Part shown: one piece after another, positions 26,653 through 35,031 of the stretch | Position numbering within the stretch: position 1 is the stretch's first letter | How the letters are laid out: each line of letters begins with the position of its first letter | Assembly (NCBI GenBank): GCA_963921285.3 | Contig: CAWUFD020000006.1 | Span: 11,795-75,794 of the forward strand | Reading direction: 5' to 3' | Source: Pseudomonadales bacterium | GTDB lineage: Bacteria; Pseudomonadota; Gammaproteobacteria; Pseudomonadales; Azotimanducaceae | Length of the DNA: 64,000 nucleotides | Notes under the pieces: model-generated | Told to the model about the DNA's origin: nothing | The model's database searches: none | Seen by the model: the letters and a program-made list of their open reading frames with translations, nothing else | Position numbers and translations under genes: made by a program

Positions 26653-27705
26653 ATGAGGAACCACCTCACCATCGACGGCATCAATATTGGTCCCAACGAA
26701 CCGCCGTACATCATTGCGGAAATTTCAGCGAACCATAATGGCAGCATTGATCGCGCCATTGAGCTGATCAGGAAAGCCAAGGCCGCGGGGGCGCATGCAA
26801 TAAAACTACAGACCTACACTGCCGATACGATGACCATCGACAGCGAAGCACCCGACTTCATCCTGCCGGAAGGAAACACATGGGCAGGACAGAAACTCTA
26901 CGATCTCTATACTGACGCGGCAATGCCATGGGAATGGCATGATGCTCTCTTTGAAGAAGCGAAAAAATTGGGCATCACCGCTTTCAGTACCCCTTATGAA
27001 GAAACGGCGGTCACCTTTCTTGAAGAATTCGATGTACCCGTTTACAAAATCGCGTCGTTTGAAATGAACGACCTCCCACTTATCCGTCGCATCGCGGAGA
27101 CAGGCAGGCCCGTCATCATGTCAACGGGCATTGCCAGCCTTGAAGAGATCGACGAGGCTGTTGCGACGCTTGAAGACAACGGTTGTAAAGAACTTGTCCT
27201 GTTGCATTGTGTCAGCGGGTACCCTTCGATGCCGTCGGAGGCAAATCTCGCCACCATACCTGCTCTTGCACAGCGCTACGGATGCGCCGTTGGTCTCTCT
27301 GACCACACGCTTGGTATCGGCGTTTCGGTTGCTTCCATATCGATGGGGGCCTGCATGATCGAGAAGCATTTCACCTTACGTCGCGCAGACGGCGGGCCGG
27401 ACTCGAGTTTTTCGCTGGAACCGGAGGAACTGGCCGCATTGGTAAGTAACTGTGCCGTTGCATTTGAGGCGCAGGGAGCGCCGAACTTCAAGACGACTGA
27501 TTCCGAGCAGTACACCATGAACTATGGTCGATCACTTTATGTCGTTAATGATATCCAGTGCGGCGACACGCTCACACCCGAGAATATCCGCAGTATCAGG
27601 CCCGGATTTGGGCTCGCGCCAAAATACTATGATGAAGTGATCGGCAAGACTGCAACCCGCGATCTGAAGCGAGGCGAACCGCTCAGGCTTGAAGACCTCA
27701 GCTAA
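26653..27705 (+). CDS. pseI: Pseudaminic acid synthase
   Basis: Starts MRNHLTIDGINIGPNEPPYIIAEISANHNGSIDRAIELI..AGAHAIKLQTYTADTMT, with a C-terminal SAF domain. I start it at ATG 26653, not the track's 26566. Confidence 0.9.
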   Translation: MRNHLTIDGINIGPNEPPYIIAEISANHNGSIDRAIELIRKAKAAGAHAIKLQTYTADTMTIDSEAPDFILPEGNTWAGQKLYDLYTDAAMPWEWHDALFEEAKKLGITAFSTPYEETAVTFLEEFDVPVYKIASFEMNDLPLIRRIAETGRPVIMSTGIASLEEIDEAVATLEDNGCKELVLLHCVSGYPSMPSEANLATIPALAQRYGCAVGLSDHTLGIGVSVASISMGACMIEKHFTLRRADGGPDSSFSLEPEELAALVSNCAVAFEAQGAPNFKTTDSEQYTMNYGRSLYVVNDIQCGDTLTPENIRSIRPGFGLAPKYYDEVIGKTATRDLKRGEPLRLEDLS

Positions 27706-28870
27706 CCTCAGTCCCCAATAGCGATTCACGCAGTGCTTTCACTACCTGATCCTGTTGGTCATTAGTCATTGTCGGATACAGAGGAATGGTGATCGCCTCG
27801 GCGTAGTACTTTTCCGCGTTTGGATACTCGGCAGGTTCAAAGCCCATCTTGGAAAAGTATGGCTGGCGATAGACAGGGATGTAGTGAAGGTTGACTCCGA
27901 TGCCCAGCTCCCTCATTGATTCGAACACTGCAAGATGGGTTGTTGCGATAGACTCAAGGTCGAGGCGAATCACATAAAGATGAAACGCGGAGACGCGCGC
28001 CTCCGCTACCGCTGGTGTCTTTACAGGTAGCCCCTGCAGCAGACCATCATATCGGCTCGCCAGTTCGTTACGCCGAGCAACATACTCACTAAGCCGTTGC
28101 ATTTGACTGACACCCAGCGCTGCGTGCAGGTCAGACATGCGATAGTTGTACCCGAGATCGATCTGCTCGTAATACCAGGGCCCGTGGCTTTCCATACTCA
28201 TCACATCGGCATCACGTGTAATCCCGTGACTTCGAAGGAGCGCCAGCCTTTGTGCGAGCTGTGGGTCGTTAGTGACCGCCATGCCACCTTCCGCTGACGT
28301 GACAATCTTTACGGGATGAAAGCTGAACACAGTAACGTCACTGTATCGGCAGTTACCTACAGGCTCGCCGTTCAATTCTGCGCCGATGGCATGCGATGCG
28401 TCCTCTACAACGCGAAAACCATACTTTTCAGACAGAGCATGGATGGCCTGCATGTCACTCGCCTGCCCGCACATGTGAACAACCACGACAACCTTTGGCA
28501 GCCTATCTTCTGCTGCTGCCATTTCGAGCTTTGTTTCAAGGGCAGCCGGCGACATGTTGAACGTGCCCGGGTCAATGTCCACAAAGTCCACCTGGGCGCC
28601 GCAGTACAAACCACAATTAGCGGACGCAACGAATGTAATGGCACTCGTCCACAGCCAGTCACCTGGACCGACATCCAATGCCTGCGTGGCAATATGCAGC
28701 GCTGCGGTGCCACTGTTTACTGCTACCCCAAATTTCGCGTCAACCGCCTGGCAAACTGCTTCTTCGAACCGCGGCACCATGGGTCCTTGGGTCAGGAAGT
28801 CGGAACCCAACACCTCTACAACGGCGTCGATGTCGGCCTGGGTTATTTCCTGTTTACCATAGGAGATCAT
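27698..28870 (-). CDS. pseC: UDP-4-amino-4,6-dideoxy-N-acetyl-beta-L-altrosamine transaminase (DegT/DnrJ/EryC1 family)
   Basis: Starts MISYGKQEITQADIDAVVEVLGSDFLTQGPMVPRFE and contains FSFHPVKIVTSAEGG (PLP Lys). Confidence 0.88.
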   Translation of the reverse strand: MISYGKQEITQADIDAVVEVLGSDFLTQGPMVPRFEEAVCQAVDAKFGVAVNSGTAALHIATQALDVGPGDWLWTSAITFVASANCGLYCGAQVDFVDIDPGTFNMSPAALETKLEMAAAEDRLPKVVVVVHMCGQASDMQAIHALSEKYGFRVVEDASHAIGAELNGEPVGNCRYSDVTVFSFHPVKIVTSAEGGMAVTNDPQLAQRLALLRSHGITRDADVMSMESHGPWYYEQIDLGYNYRMSDLHAALGVSQMQRLSEYVARRNELASRYDGLLQGLPVKTPAVAEARVSAFHLYVIRLDLESIATTHLAVFESMRELGIGVNLHYIPVYRQPYFSKMGFEPAEYPNAEKYYAEAITIPLYPTMTNDQQDQVVKALRESLLGTEVS

Positions 28871-30582
28871 GTCAACTCTCCCTGTCCGGCTGCGCCATGC
28901 TTGAGCTTCCCGAGATCAATCACTTCATCGACGCTCTCAAAAAAGCTGCTGTCGTGGGTGACAAAGATCAACAACTTACCCTTGAAGGCAGACAACAAAC
29001 GGTCAACCACATCGGTTTTGGTCTGTGGATCAAGCGCACTGGTAACTTCATCAAGAATCAACACATCAGGTTTTCGAATGAGCGCCCGTGCAAGGTTGAT
29101 GCGTTGCCGCTGGCCGCCAGAAACATTCGCTCCCCGGTAGGCCAGGCTGAAGTCCAACCCTTCCTCAAGGTCAGCCACCATCTCTGTCAGGCATGCATCT
29201 GCGAGGGCCTGGTCAATTTCTGCATTGGTGAATTCCCTGTCGAGACAGATGTTCTCTCGAATTGTCCGGTTGAATATGAGGCTATCCTGACTCACGTACA
29301 CCACGCGATCCGTCAAGGTGTTGCTCTCGAGGTCCTGAACCTGACGGCCGTTCATTGTTATCTGGCCCGTCTCCGGTGAAACGTAGTCCATGATGAGGTC
29401 CAGCAACGTCGATTTACCGGTACCCGACTCTCCGTAGATGGCGTAACTGGTGCCCGCCCGGAACGTGTAGTTAAAACCCTCAAAGATTCGATTACTTCCA
29501 TAACCGAACGAAACATTGCTGATCTTGATCTCATCTACAGCTGATTCGAGTTGAGCGCCCCCGACATCATCGCGGGGTTTACGCAAAAACGTCACAATAT
29601 TGCTGACACCCTTCAGATCTCCAATCACTTTGCCAACATAACCCGACAGCGTGCCAATCGAATGCAGCAACCTCACCAGCATCACCAGTACGGTAATCAG
29701 TAAAGCAACGTCATAGCCCTCGTCTGCGTTAAAGACATAGGCCAGCAACATGCCATAAAAAACGAGGAGCAGAACCAGTGGCACGTACTTCACCAGCGCG
29801 CCGTAAATATCGATACTGCTGTTCACACCGCAATAATCTGCCAGCGCATCATGGTATTCGTGCGTCACATAAGGGCCCAGACCAAACGCCCTGACCACTC
29901 GAAGCGAATTCAGGGAGTCCATGAACAGACTGTGAGAGCGGCGACGAAAGATCGCCTGCTGGTATCCCAGCATGAACAACCGACGGTAAACCGGCCAGAT
30001 CGCAAGCGCGATCACCGCGAAAAGACCCACTGTTGCCAGCATCACGTTCGTGGAGAAAAGCAGGATAAGCACCACGTATACGACCGACAGAAAACTGATG
30101 TTGATGATATTAAGTGCAGACAAGAGCACCTGGGATGCGAGAGAGGCCTCGTCTCCCGCCAGCGTGATGTAGTGGCCAATTTCCTTTTCTTCGATCTTCT
30201 TTATGTCTTCCCTGGTGATTTGTTCGACTGCACGGGTTGAGAGGTGAACCTGTAGTTCCTTGGCAAAGTAAACGAACGAGCTTTCCACGATGAAAAGTGA
30301 GATGAAACGAACCAAAAGTAGTGCGACGAAGATCAGAAAGAGGGATTCCCTGTCCACAGTGGTTAGATCAATGAACGCGACGGGTACCTCTGGTTGCGAG
30401 ATGACCGCCAGCACACCGATTGCTGAAAACTCCAATAAGATAGATAGCACACCGCCAAAAAGCAGCAGGTAGAGAAGCTTGTCCCGCGAGAATGCGATAC
30501 CCAGGATGTATGCCAGGTAGTCCAGTCGCACTTTCAGTTTGTCAAACTGCGTTGACGGTTCGTTGGTCGTGTCCATGGTCAA
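28867..30582 (-). CDS. ABC exporter, fused TMD-NBD half-transporter (MsbA/PglK-like)
   Basis: An N-terminal region of about 300 aa with 6 hydrophobic segments, then Walker A GESGTGKST, signature VSGGQRQR, Walker B LILDEVTSALD and H-loop VTHD. Confidence 0.85.
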   Translation of the reverse strand: MTMDTTNEPSTQFDKLKVRLDYLAYILGIAFSRDKLLYLLLFGGVLSILLEFSAIGVLAVISQPEVPVAFIDLTTVDRESLFLIFVALLLVRFISLFIVESSFVYFAKELQVHLSTRAVEQITREDIKKIEEKEIGHYITLAGDEASLASQVLLSALNIINISFLSVVYVVLILLFSTNVMLATVGLFAVIALAIWPVYRRLFMLGYQQAIFRRRSHSLFMDSLNSLRVVRAFGLGPYVTHEYHDALADYCGVNSSIDIYGALVKYVPLVLLLVFYGMLLAYVFNADEGYDVALLITVLVMLVRLLHSIGTLSGYVGKVIGDLKGVSNIVTFLRKPRDDVGGAQLESAVDEIKISNVSFGYGSNRIFEGFNYTFRAGTSYAIYGESGTGKSTLLDLIMDYVSPETGQITMNGRQVQDLESNTLTDRVVYVSQDSLIFNRTIRENICLDREFTNAEIDQALADACLTEMVADLEEGLDFSLAYRGANVSGGQRQRINLARALIRKPDVLILDEVTSALDPQTKTDVVDRLLSAFKGKLLIFVTHDSSFFESVDEVIDLGKLKHGAAGQGELT

Positions 30583-30583
30583 C

Positions 30584-32356
30584 TCAAACCTGGCCAGCGA
30601 TGTAAGCTACAAGATTTTGACGCAGAGGGCTGAGGCTGCTTTCATCCCGCCAGCCTTCACCAAACCTGACATCGGCAAGCCCGCCGACAATCTCTCTAAG
30701 GTAGGCAGACTCGTCACCTGGTGACATACGAACTACCGTCGGTTCCAGCACATCTACCGTGGGCAGATTGTTCGTTACCTTCTCCGCGATCAACGGCGCC
30801 GCCTTCGCTGTTGCGGATTTTCCTTTTAGCAGTCGTCTTTTTGTATAGGTTCGTTTTGTCAGCTTGTCGAGTACGCGGTCAAACCCTGAGCTTGGCTCAC
30901 CAAAGTCACGGGGCACGACATCGCTCAGATCAAAAACCGAACCTTCCAACTCGTAGGCGCACCAACGATAGGCCTGTTCAAGCCGTTCAGCAGACCAACC
31001 GGCCTCGAGAGCAGCTTCAATCGCCGCGTAGTATTCACCTGGTGTCTCACCCACAAATCCCAGTTCCCTTTTCGGGTAGAAACCAATGTCATCGGTGTAA
31101 CTGACAATTGGGATACCCCACAGGGCAATTTCTTTTCCGGCAGATGACCACGATGATATACCCACATCGATCATTTCAAGCCAGTCATACATCGATAACT
31201 GATCTTCAGGCCAGTTAACTTTGACATTAGCTGGCAGATTCTGCAGTTCTGCTTTCAGCAGCTTTGAATGTTCCGAACCGCGTGATTCCCGTCTATTCGG
31301 GAACTCTCTCGGGTGCACCCTGATGATCAGGGTCATGTCAGGCTTGTCCCGAACATAATCAATCGTGCCTTTGAGCCAGTCTATCTGTGTTTCAAAGGCC
31401 ATGATCGGGTCTGCCGGGAGCCTTTCGATGGATTGCGCGGCGAGCAATTCGTCATAGCTGCTCGTCGCCACAAACAGCACCTTCGAACCACGATCGATAT
31501 CAAATCGTTCCCTCAGTTCCTGAGGGGAAATCCTCGAGTTGCCACCGCCATAGATAAAATTGCTGCTCCCCGCCAGCAAGGATTTCTGGAACGCATACAG
31601 GTCGCTCAAGCCTTGTTTCGTGGCGGTTTTCTTCGCGTAGGTTTCATCCCAGCAACGCACGCGGCCCTGAACAAGGTGAAATGAGTCCGTTCTAGAAACA
31701 AAAATTCGCTGGAGCCGGTGATGCCAGTTTGCGCCGGCCGCTATGGAAAAACATCGAATGCCACGTTGTTCAGCCTGGAGCCGAACCACAAGGTTGATCG
31801 AATACGCGCTGGTATAGAAGAAGAGGTAGTCCGGCGAATGTTTGTCCAGGAGACGCCTGCCGGCATAGAAAGACACCAGGCAACTCCTGAAGTGCTTGAG
31901 GAAACTACCCCACTCTTCATCCGTGAAATTGTTATCGAAGTGCTTCTTCCGGTTCAGCGTAAAGTTGTACATGGAGGCCACACCAACCTTGACGCCATCA
32001 ATCACGAACTCGGATAGTGTCTGCGGTGTTATCGCTTCAATGTGTTGTTCCACCGCAGACAAGTCGTCATCAGTAATGTAGGCAGACAACTCACTCGACT
32101 CAAAATCAAATTTATCGAGGATCAGCCGCTTATTCGCCTCACAGTCGCCGCAGACCCATGCTTTGCGACTCTCCGGCATTTGCTCCCCTTCGCCCGTCGA
32201 TTCCATAGAAACACACCAGGAGGAAAGCGCTCTGCCGCAGGTGACATAGTGGAGTTCAATCCCCTCACTCTGAAGAGCCTCTGCCACAATCGCCTCAGGA
32301 TAAGCATGGACCCACACAAAAGCTTGGGGAGAGAAAAACATAGCTCGCTTAGCCAA
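30584..32356 (-). CDS. Large GT-B-like protein with an N-terminal Cys4 cluster and a KpsS/KpsC-like C-terminal half. Candidate pseudaminic-acid transferase
   Basis: 590 aa. Cys pattern is C40-x7-C48...C69-x2-C72. LIIRVHPRE...IDVGISSWSSAGKEIALWGIPIV is colinear with 8955-10658. It ends 1 nt upstream of the ABC exporter start. Confidence 0.4.
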   Translation of the reverse strand: MAKRAMFFSPQAFVWVHAYPEAIVAEALQSEGIELHYVTCGRALSSWCVSMESTGEGEQMPESRKAWVCGDCEANKRLILDKFDFESSELSAYITDDDLSAVEQHIEAITPQTLSEFVIDGVKVGVASMYNFTLNRKKHFDNNFTDEEWGSFLKHFRSCLVSFYAGRRLLDKHSPDYLFFYTSAYSINLVVRLQAEQRGIRCFSIAAGANWHHRLQRIFVSRTDSFHLVQGRVRCWDETYAKKTATKQGLSDLYAFQKSLLAGSSNFIYGGGNSRISPQELRERFDIDRGSKVLFVATSSYDELLAAQSIERLPADPIMAFETQIDWLKGTIDYVRDKPDMTLIIRVHPREFPNRRESRGSEHSKLLKAELQNLPANVKVNWPEDQLSMYDWLEMIDVGISSWSSAGKEIALWGIPIVSYTDDIGFYPKRELGFVGETPGEYYAAIEAALEAGWSAERLEQAYRWCAYELEGSVFDLSDVVPRDFGEPSSGFDRVLDKLTKRTYTKRRLLKGKSATAKAAPLIAEKVTNNLPTVDVLEPTVVRMSPGDESAYLREIVGGLADVRFGEGWRDESSLSPLRQNLVAYIAGQV

Positions 32357-32642
32357 ACTGCCTGATCCGGAACGATAAAACCATCAGGGGTATTATCTGA
32401 AGGATCAGGACCAATATCGAGGAAAAATGAAGTTGTTTAGGAACCTCTGATTAAGGTCTTTTCCCGCGATAGCTTCGTTAAAGTCGTCCTCGGAAAGCCA
32501 CTAAGTTAACGCATCTTAGTGTTTTCCTGCGGGCGACTTTGCCTTGCTCTCACGGAAAAACCCACTTAATCAGCGGCTCCTTAGGGTAAAATCGCCATTC
32601 CTGAAAGAAGTTCACTCAGCCACTGTGCCGGTGTAGTCATCA
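32357..32642. promoter_or_regulatory. Divergent promoter region
   Basis: A 286-bp non-coding gap between divergent starts at 32356 (-) and 32643 (+). Called from geometry only; no motif assigned. Confidence 0.3.
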
Positions 32643-33857
32643 ATGCCATCTACTCCTGATGTTAGCGACGTTGGATCATGCTCCGTCTGTTATGACGAGC
32701 ATCCTGCGTTCAAAACCAGCGAACCACCCTGGCAGGTTGATCAAAGTCGGCTTGAAACCTTCGATGTCATCTACAGGGAAATCTCAACACAGCCAGTGTC
32801 TCCATCGGGTGCCAGGCAAAAACACCAGCAATTGGTGCAACTGATCGATGAAATCTTCGAGGGTCTCGAAGAGCAGGCGTCTGCCTCTCACGAAGCACTT
32901 TTCCTGAAAGAACTCTCTGCCAGAACAAAGGCGCTGCTTGAAAGAGAAACCGCTCACTACGCCGCAGTGAAACGCGAACCAGGGAGCCAGTCCCGACTCT
33001 CGCGAGATAAGCACTTCTTTATGTCACTTTCAGCCCCGGCTGTGGAAGAACTGACCGCTATTGCTGAAACAGAAGTCAGGATATTCAGGGAAAGAGCGGC
33101 GGAGGGCAAACTAGAACGTGATGACCTGAGTGCGAATGGCGGCGAATCTGTGAACAACACCGTTGCTCGATTGCAGGAAGAGTACACTGATCAAGGCGTA
33201 CTCGACGAGGTCAGCGAATACATGGGGTATCCGTTCAGGGTTGGCGGTACGGCCATTGAACTGAGCACACCTTCTGCAAACTGGTGGGGCGGGATTTTTG
33301 ATGAACTCCCGCCGCCAGATTCGCTTTATGCGCATTTTGATGAAGCTAAAGGCATACCGAAATCCATCGTCTATCTCAGTGAGGTTGACGAAAGCACCGG
33401 GCCTACCTCGTGCTACCCGGGCATCTATGAACAGCTGCCGTTAAATGCACTGCAGGACCTGATCGGCCGGATCATATTAACCCTGCATCTCAACAACGAA
33501 CTGAAACAGTATTATGACAATGTAAAAAATCGTTCGCTGATGATGTCCGGCAGGTTCCGAAACCACTTCATGCGCTTACCCGAACAGCTTCGTTTCAACA
33601 GCCATTTTGGCTGGGACGTCATTCCCGGCAGTGCGCTGGATCACACGCTCGTCCGAGCAGAACATAAGATGCTTGGGCCAGCAGGTACGGCCATTGTTTT
33701 TGACGGTGCAAAGCTGCTGCATCGTGGCGGGCTCATTACACATGGCGAGCGGATTGCCCTGCAGGTTATCTTCACGCCTCGCCCAACCTTCATCCAACGC
33801 GTCTATTCATTTGCGACGAGAAAAATCCAGGCGGTAACCGGCCATAACAATGCTTAA
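32643..33857 (+). CDS. Hypothetical protein with a C-terminal Fe(II)/2OG-oxygenase-like core
   Basis: YAHFDEAKG (HxD), then GTAIVFDGAKLLHRGG (distal His) and GERIALQVIF (Arg). The N-terminal 200 aa or so are helical and charged with no motif I recognise. Confidence 0.4.
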   Translation: MPSTPDVSDVGSCSVCYDEHPAFKTSEPPWQVDQSRLETFDVIYREISTQPVSPSGARQKHQQLVQLIDEIFEGLEEQASASHEALFLKELSARTKALLERETAHYAAVKREPGSQSRLSRDKHFFMSLSAPAVEELTAIAETEVRIFRERAAEGKLERDDLSANGGESVNNTVARLQEEYTDQGVLDEVSEYMGYPFRVGGTAIELSTPSANWWGGIFDELPPPDSLYAHFDEAKGIPKSIVYLSEVDESTGPTSCYPGIYEQLPLNALQDLIGRIILTLHLNNELKQYYDNVKNRSLMMSGRFRNHFMRLPEQLRFNSHFGWDVIPGSALDHTLVRAEHKMLGPAGTAIVFDGAKLLHRGGLITHGERIALQVIFTPRPTFIQRVYSFATRKIQAVTGHNNA

Positions 33858-34791
33858 GAGCCTGCTGAAATCACTCATGCCTGATGCGCTGTTATCCTTC
33901 CTGAAAGGATTCTCGCCGCGTCATCAACTTATTGCAGCCCTCAGTCCGCTGCTCGGAAAAGTTACCTGTATCGATGTTGGTGCATCCTATTTCCCACACA
34001 GCAAGTGGTTTCTGTTTCTGTCATCGGATAAGACAGACTGGTTCGCTGTTGACCCCATGGCGAGTAACCTCAGCTACGTTGCAGACTGGCCATACCTTTC
34101 AACGCTTCACCCAGTAGAAGCTGGCCTCAGCGAGACAGGTGGACAACAGCCCTTCTACGTCACTAACGTCGACACAGGCTCGAGCCTGCTTGAGCCTGTT
34201 ATTCCCCCCGCGATGCAGCACCGGACAACCGATGTATTGAAGAATTACCTGTTCCCCTACAAAGAGATCGAAATCGATACGCGGACCCTGACGGAAGTTA
34301 TTGATAAGGGGGTAAAGGATTCACCCGTGTTTATAAAACTGGATACCCAGGGCACAGAACTATCAATTCTGCGTGGTGCATCGGCTTATCTCGCAGCTCA
34401 GCGTATTGTCGGTATAGAAATGGAGAGTACCCTCCTCGCGCAACCCATCATGCAGGGATCAGGCAAATTCTGGGAGGCTTGTAAATTTCTCGAAGGGCAC
34501 GGCTTTGAGCTTATCGAATTCAATCCACTTTCAGCCGGCTCGAGCCTTGGCATCCGGAATCCAAAAGGAAATCACTTTCTCGGCGAGTGTGATGCCGTTT
34601 TCTCGCTACGCGCAGATATCGTGAGAGACAAGCCAATGGACTACCGGGTTGCCTTGGTACTGTTTTACGCCAGCTACAGCCTCTTTGAGGAAGCGATACT
34701 CTACCTGGAACACGACAGCGAACTGTCGGACTACCTCTCGGAAAAAACTTCGTTAGCAGACCTTCAAAAGTTGCTATATCGCCGGGCCTAG
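33850..34791 (+). CDS. FkbM-family methyltransferase
   Basis: Motifs CIDVGASYFPHS...FIKLDTQGTELSILRGA. An 8-nt overlap links it to the upstream gene. Confidence 0.7.
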   Translation: MLKSLLKSLMPDALLSFLKGFSPRHQLIAALSPLLGKVTCIDVGASYFPHSKWFLFLSSDKTDWFAVDPMASNLSYVADWPYLSTLHPVEAGLSETGGQQPFYVTNVDTGSSLLEPVIPPAMQHRTTDVLKNYLFPYKEIEIDTRTLTEVIDKGVKDSPVFIKLDTQGTELSILRGASAYLAAQRIVGIEMESTLLAQPIMQGSGKFWEACKFLEGHGFELIEFNPLSAGSSLGIRNPKGNHFLGECDAVFSLRADIVRDKPMDYRVALVLFYASYSLFEEAILYLEHDSELSDYLSEKTSLADLQKLLYRRA

Positions 34792-35031
34792 CCTGCATGT
34801 TTCACCAAACCACTTAAAATTGCTTTTAGAAAAGTAATATCAGATCGTTACGTAGATCCTACGAAAGTACACTTTGTAGCCGGGCTCGTTCCCACAAATC
34901 TGGTGTGCTAATTTTGCCTCTGAGCCGCCATGCTCGCTGCGCCCTATTCTCGATAGGGCTCCGCTCACGAGCCGCCACAGAGCCAAAATTATCATCCCCA
35001 GATTTGCGGATTTGATGAAACATGCAGGCTA
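34789..35031. mobile_element. MITE-like element: 239-bp core with 19-bp terminal inverted repeats, flanked by TA/TA
   Basis: TAGCCTGCATGTTTCACCAAA at 34789-34809 matches the reverse complement of 35011-35031 (TAGCCTGCATGTTTCATCAAA) at 20 of 21 positions. An internal imperfect palindrome of about 125 nt spans 34885-35010 (CAAATCTGG/CCAGATTTG, TAATTTTG/CAAAATTA, CTCTG/CAGAG, GCCCTAT/ATAGGGC). Confidence 0.45.

Noticed and set aside
28316-29379. Long antisense ORFs (274 aa and 233 aa on +) opposite pseC and the ABC exporter. Similar ones lie opposite cysNC (44691-45221), cysD (47271-47840), the Fmt-like gene (23584-24114) and others
   Set aside because: These are shadow ORFs opposite confidently identified genes. 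Their translations are Arg/Pro/Cys-rich and low-complexity, with no motifs.
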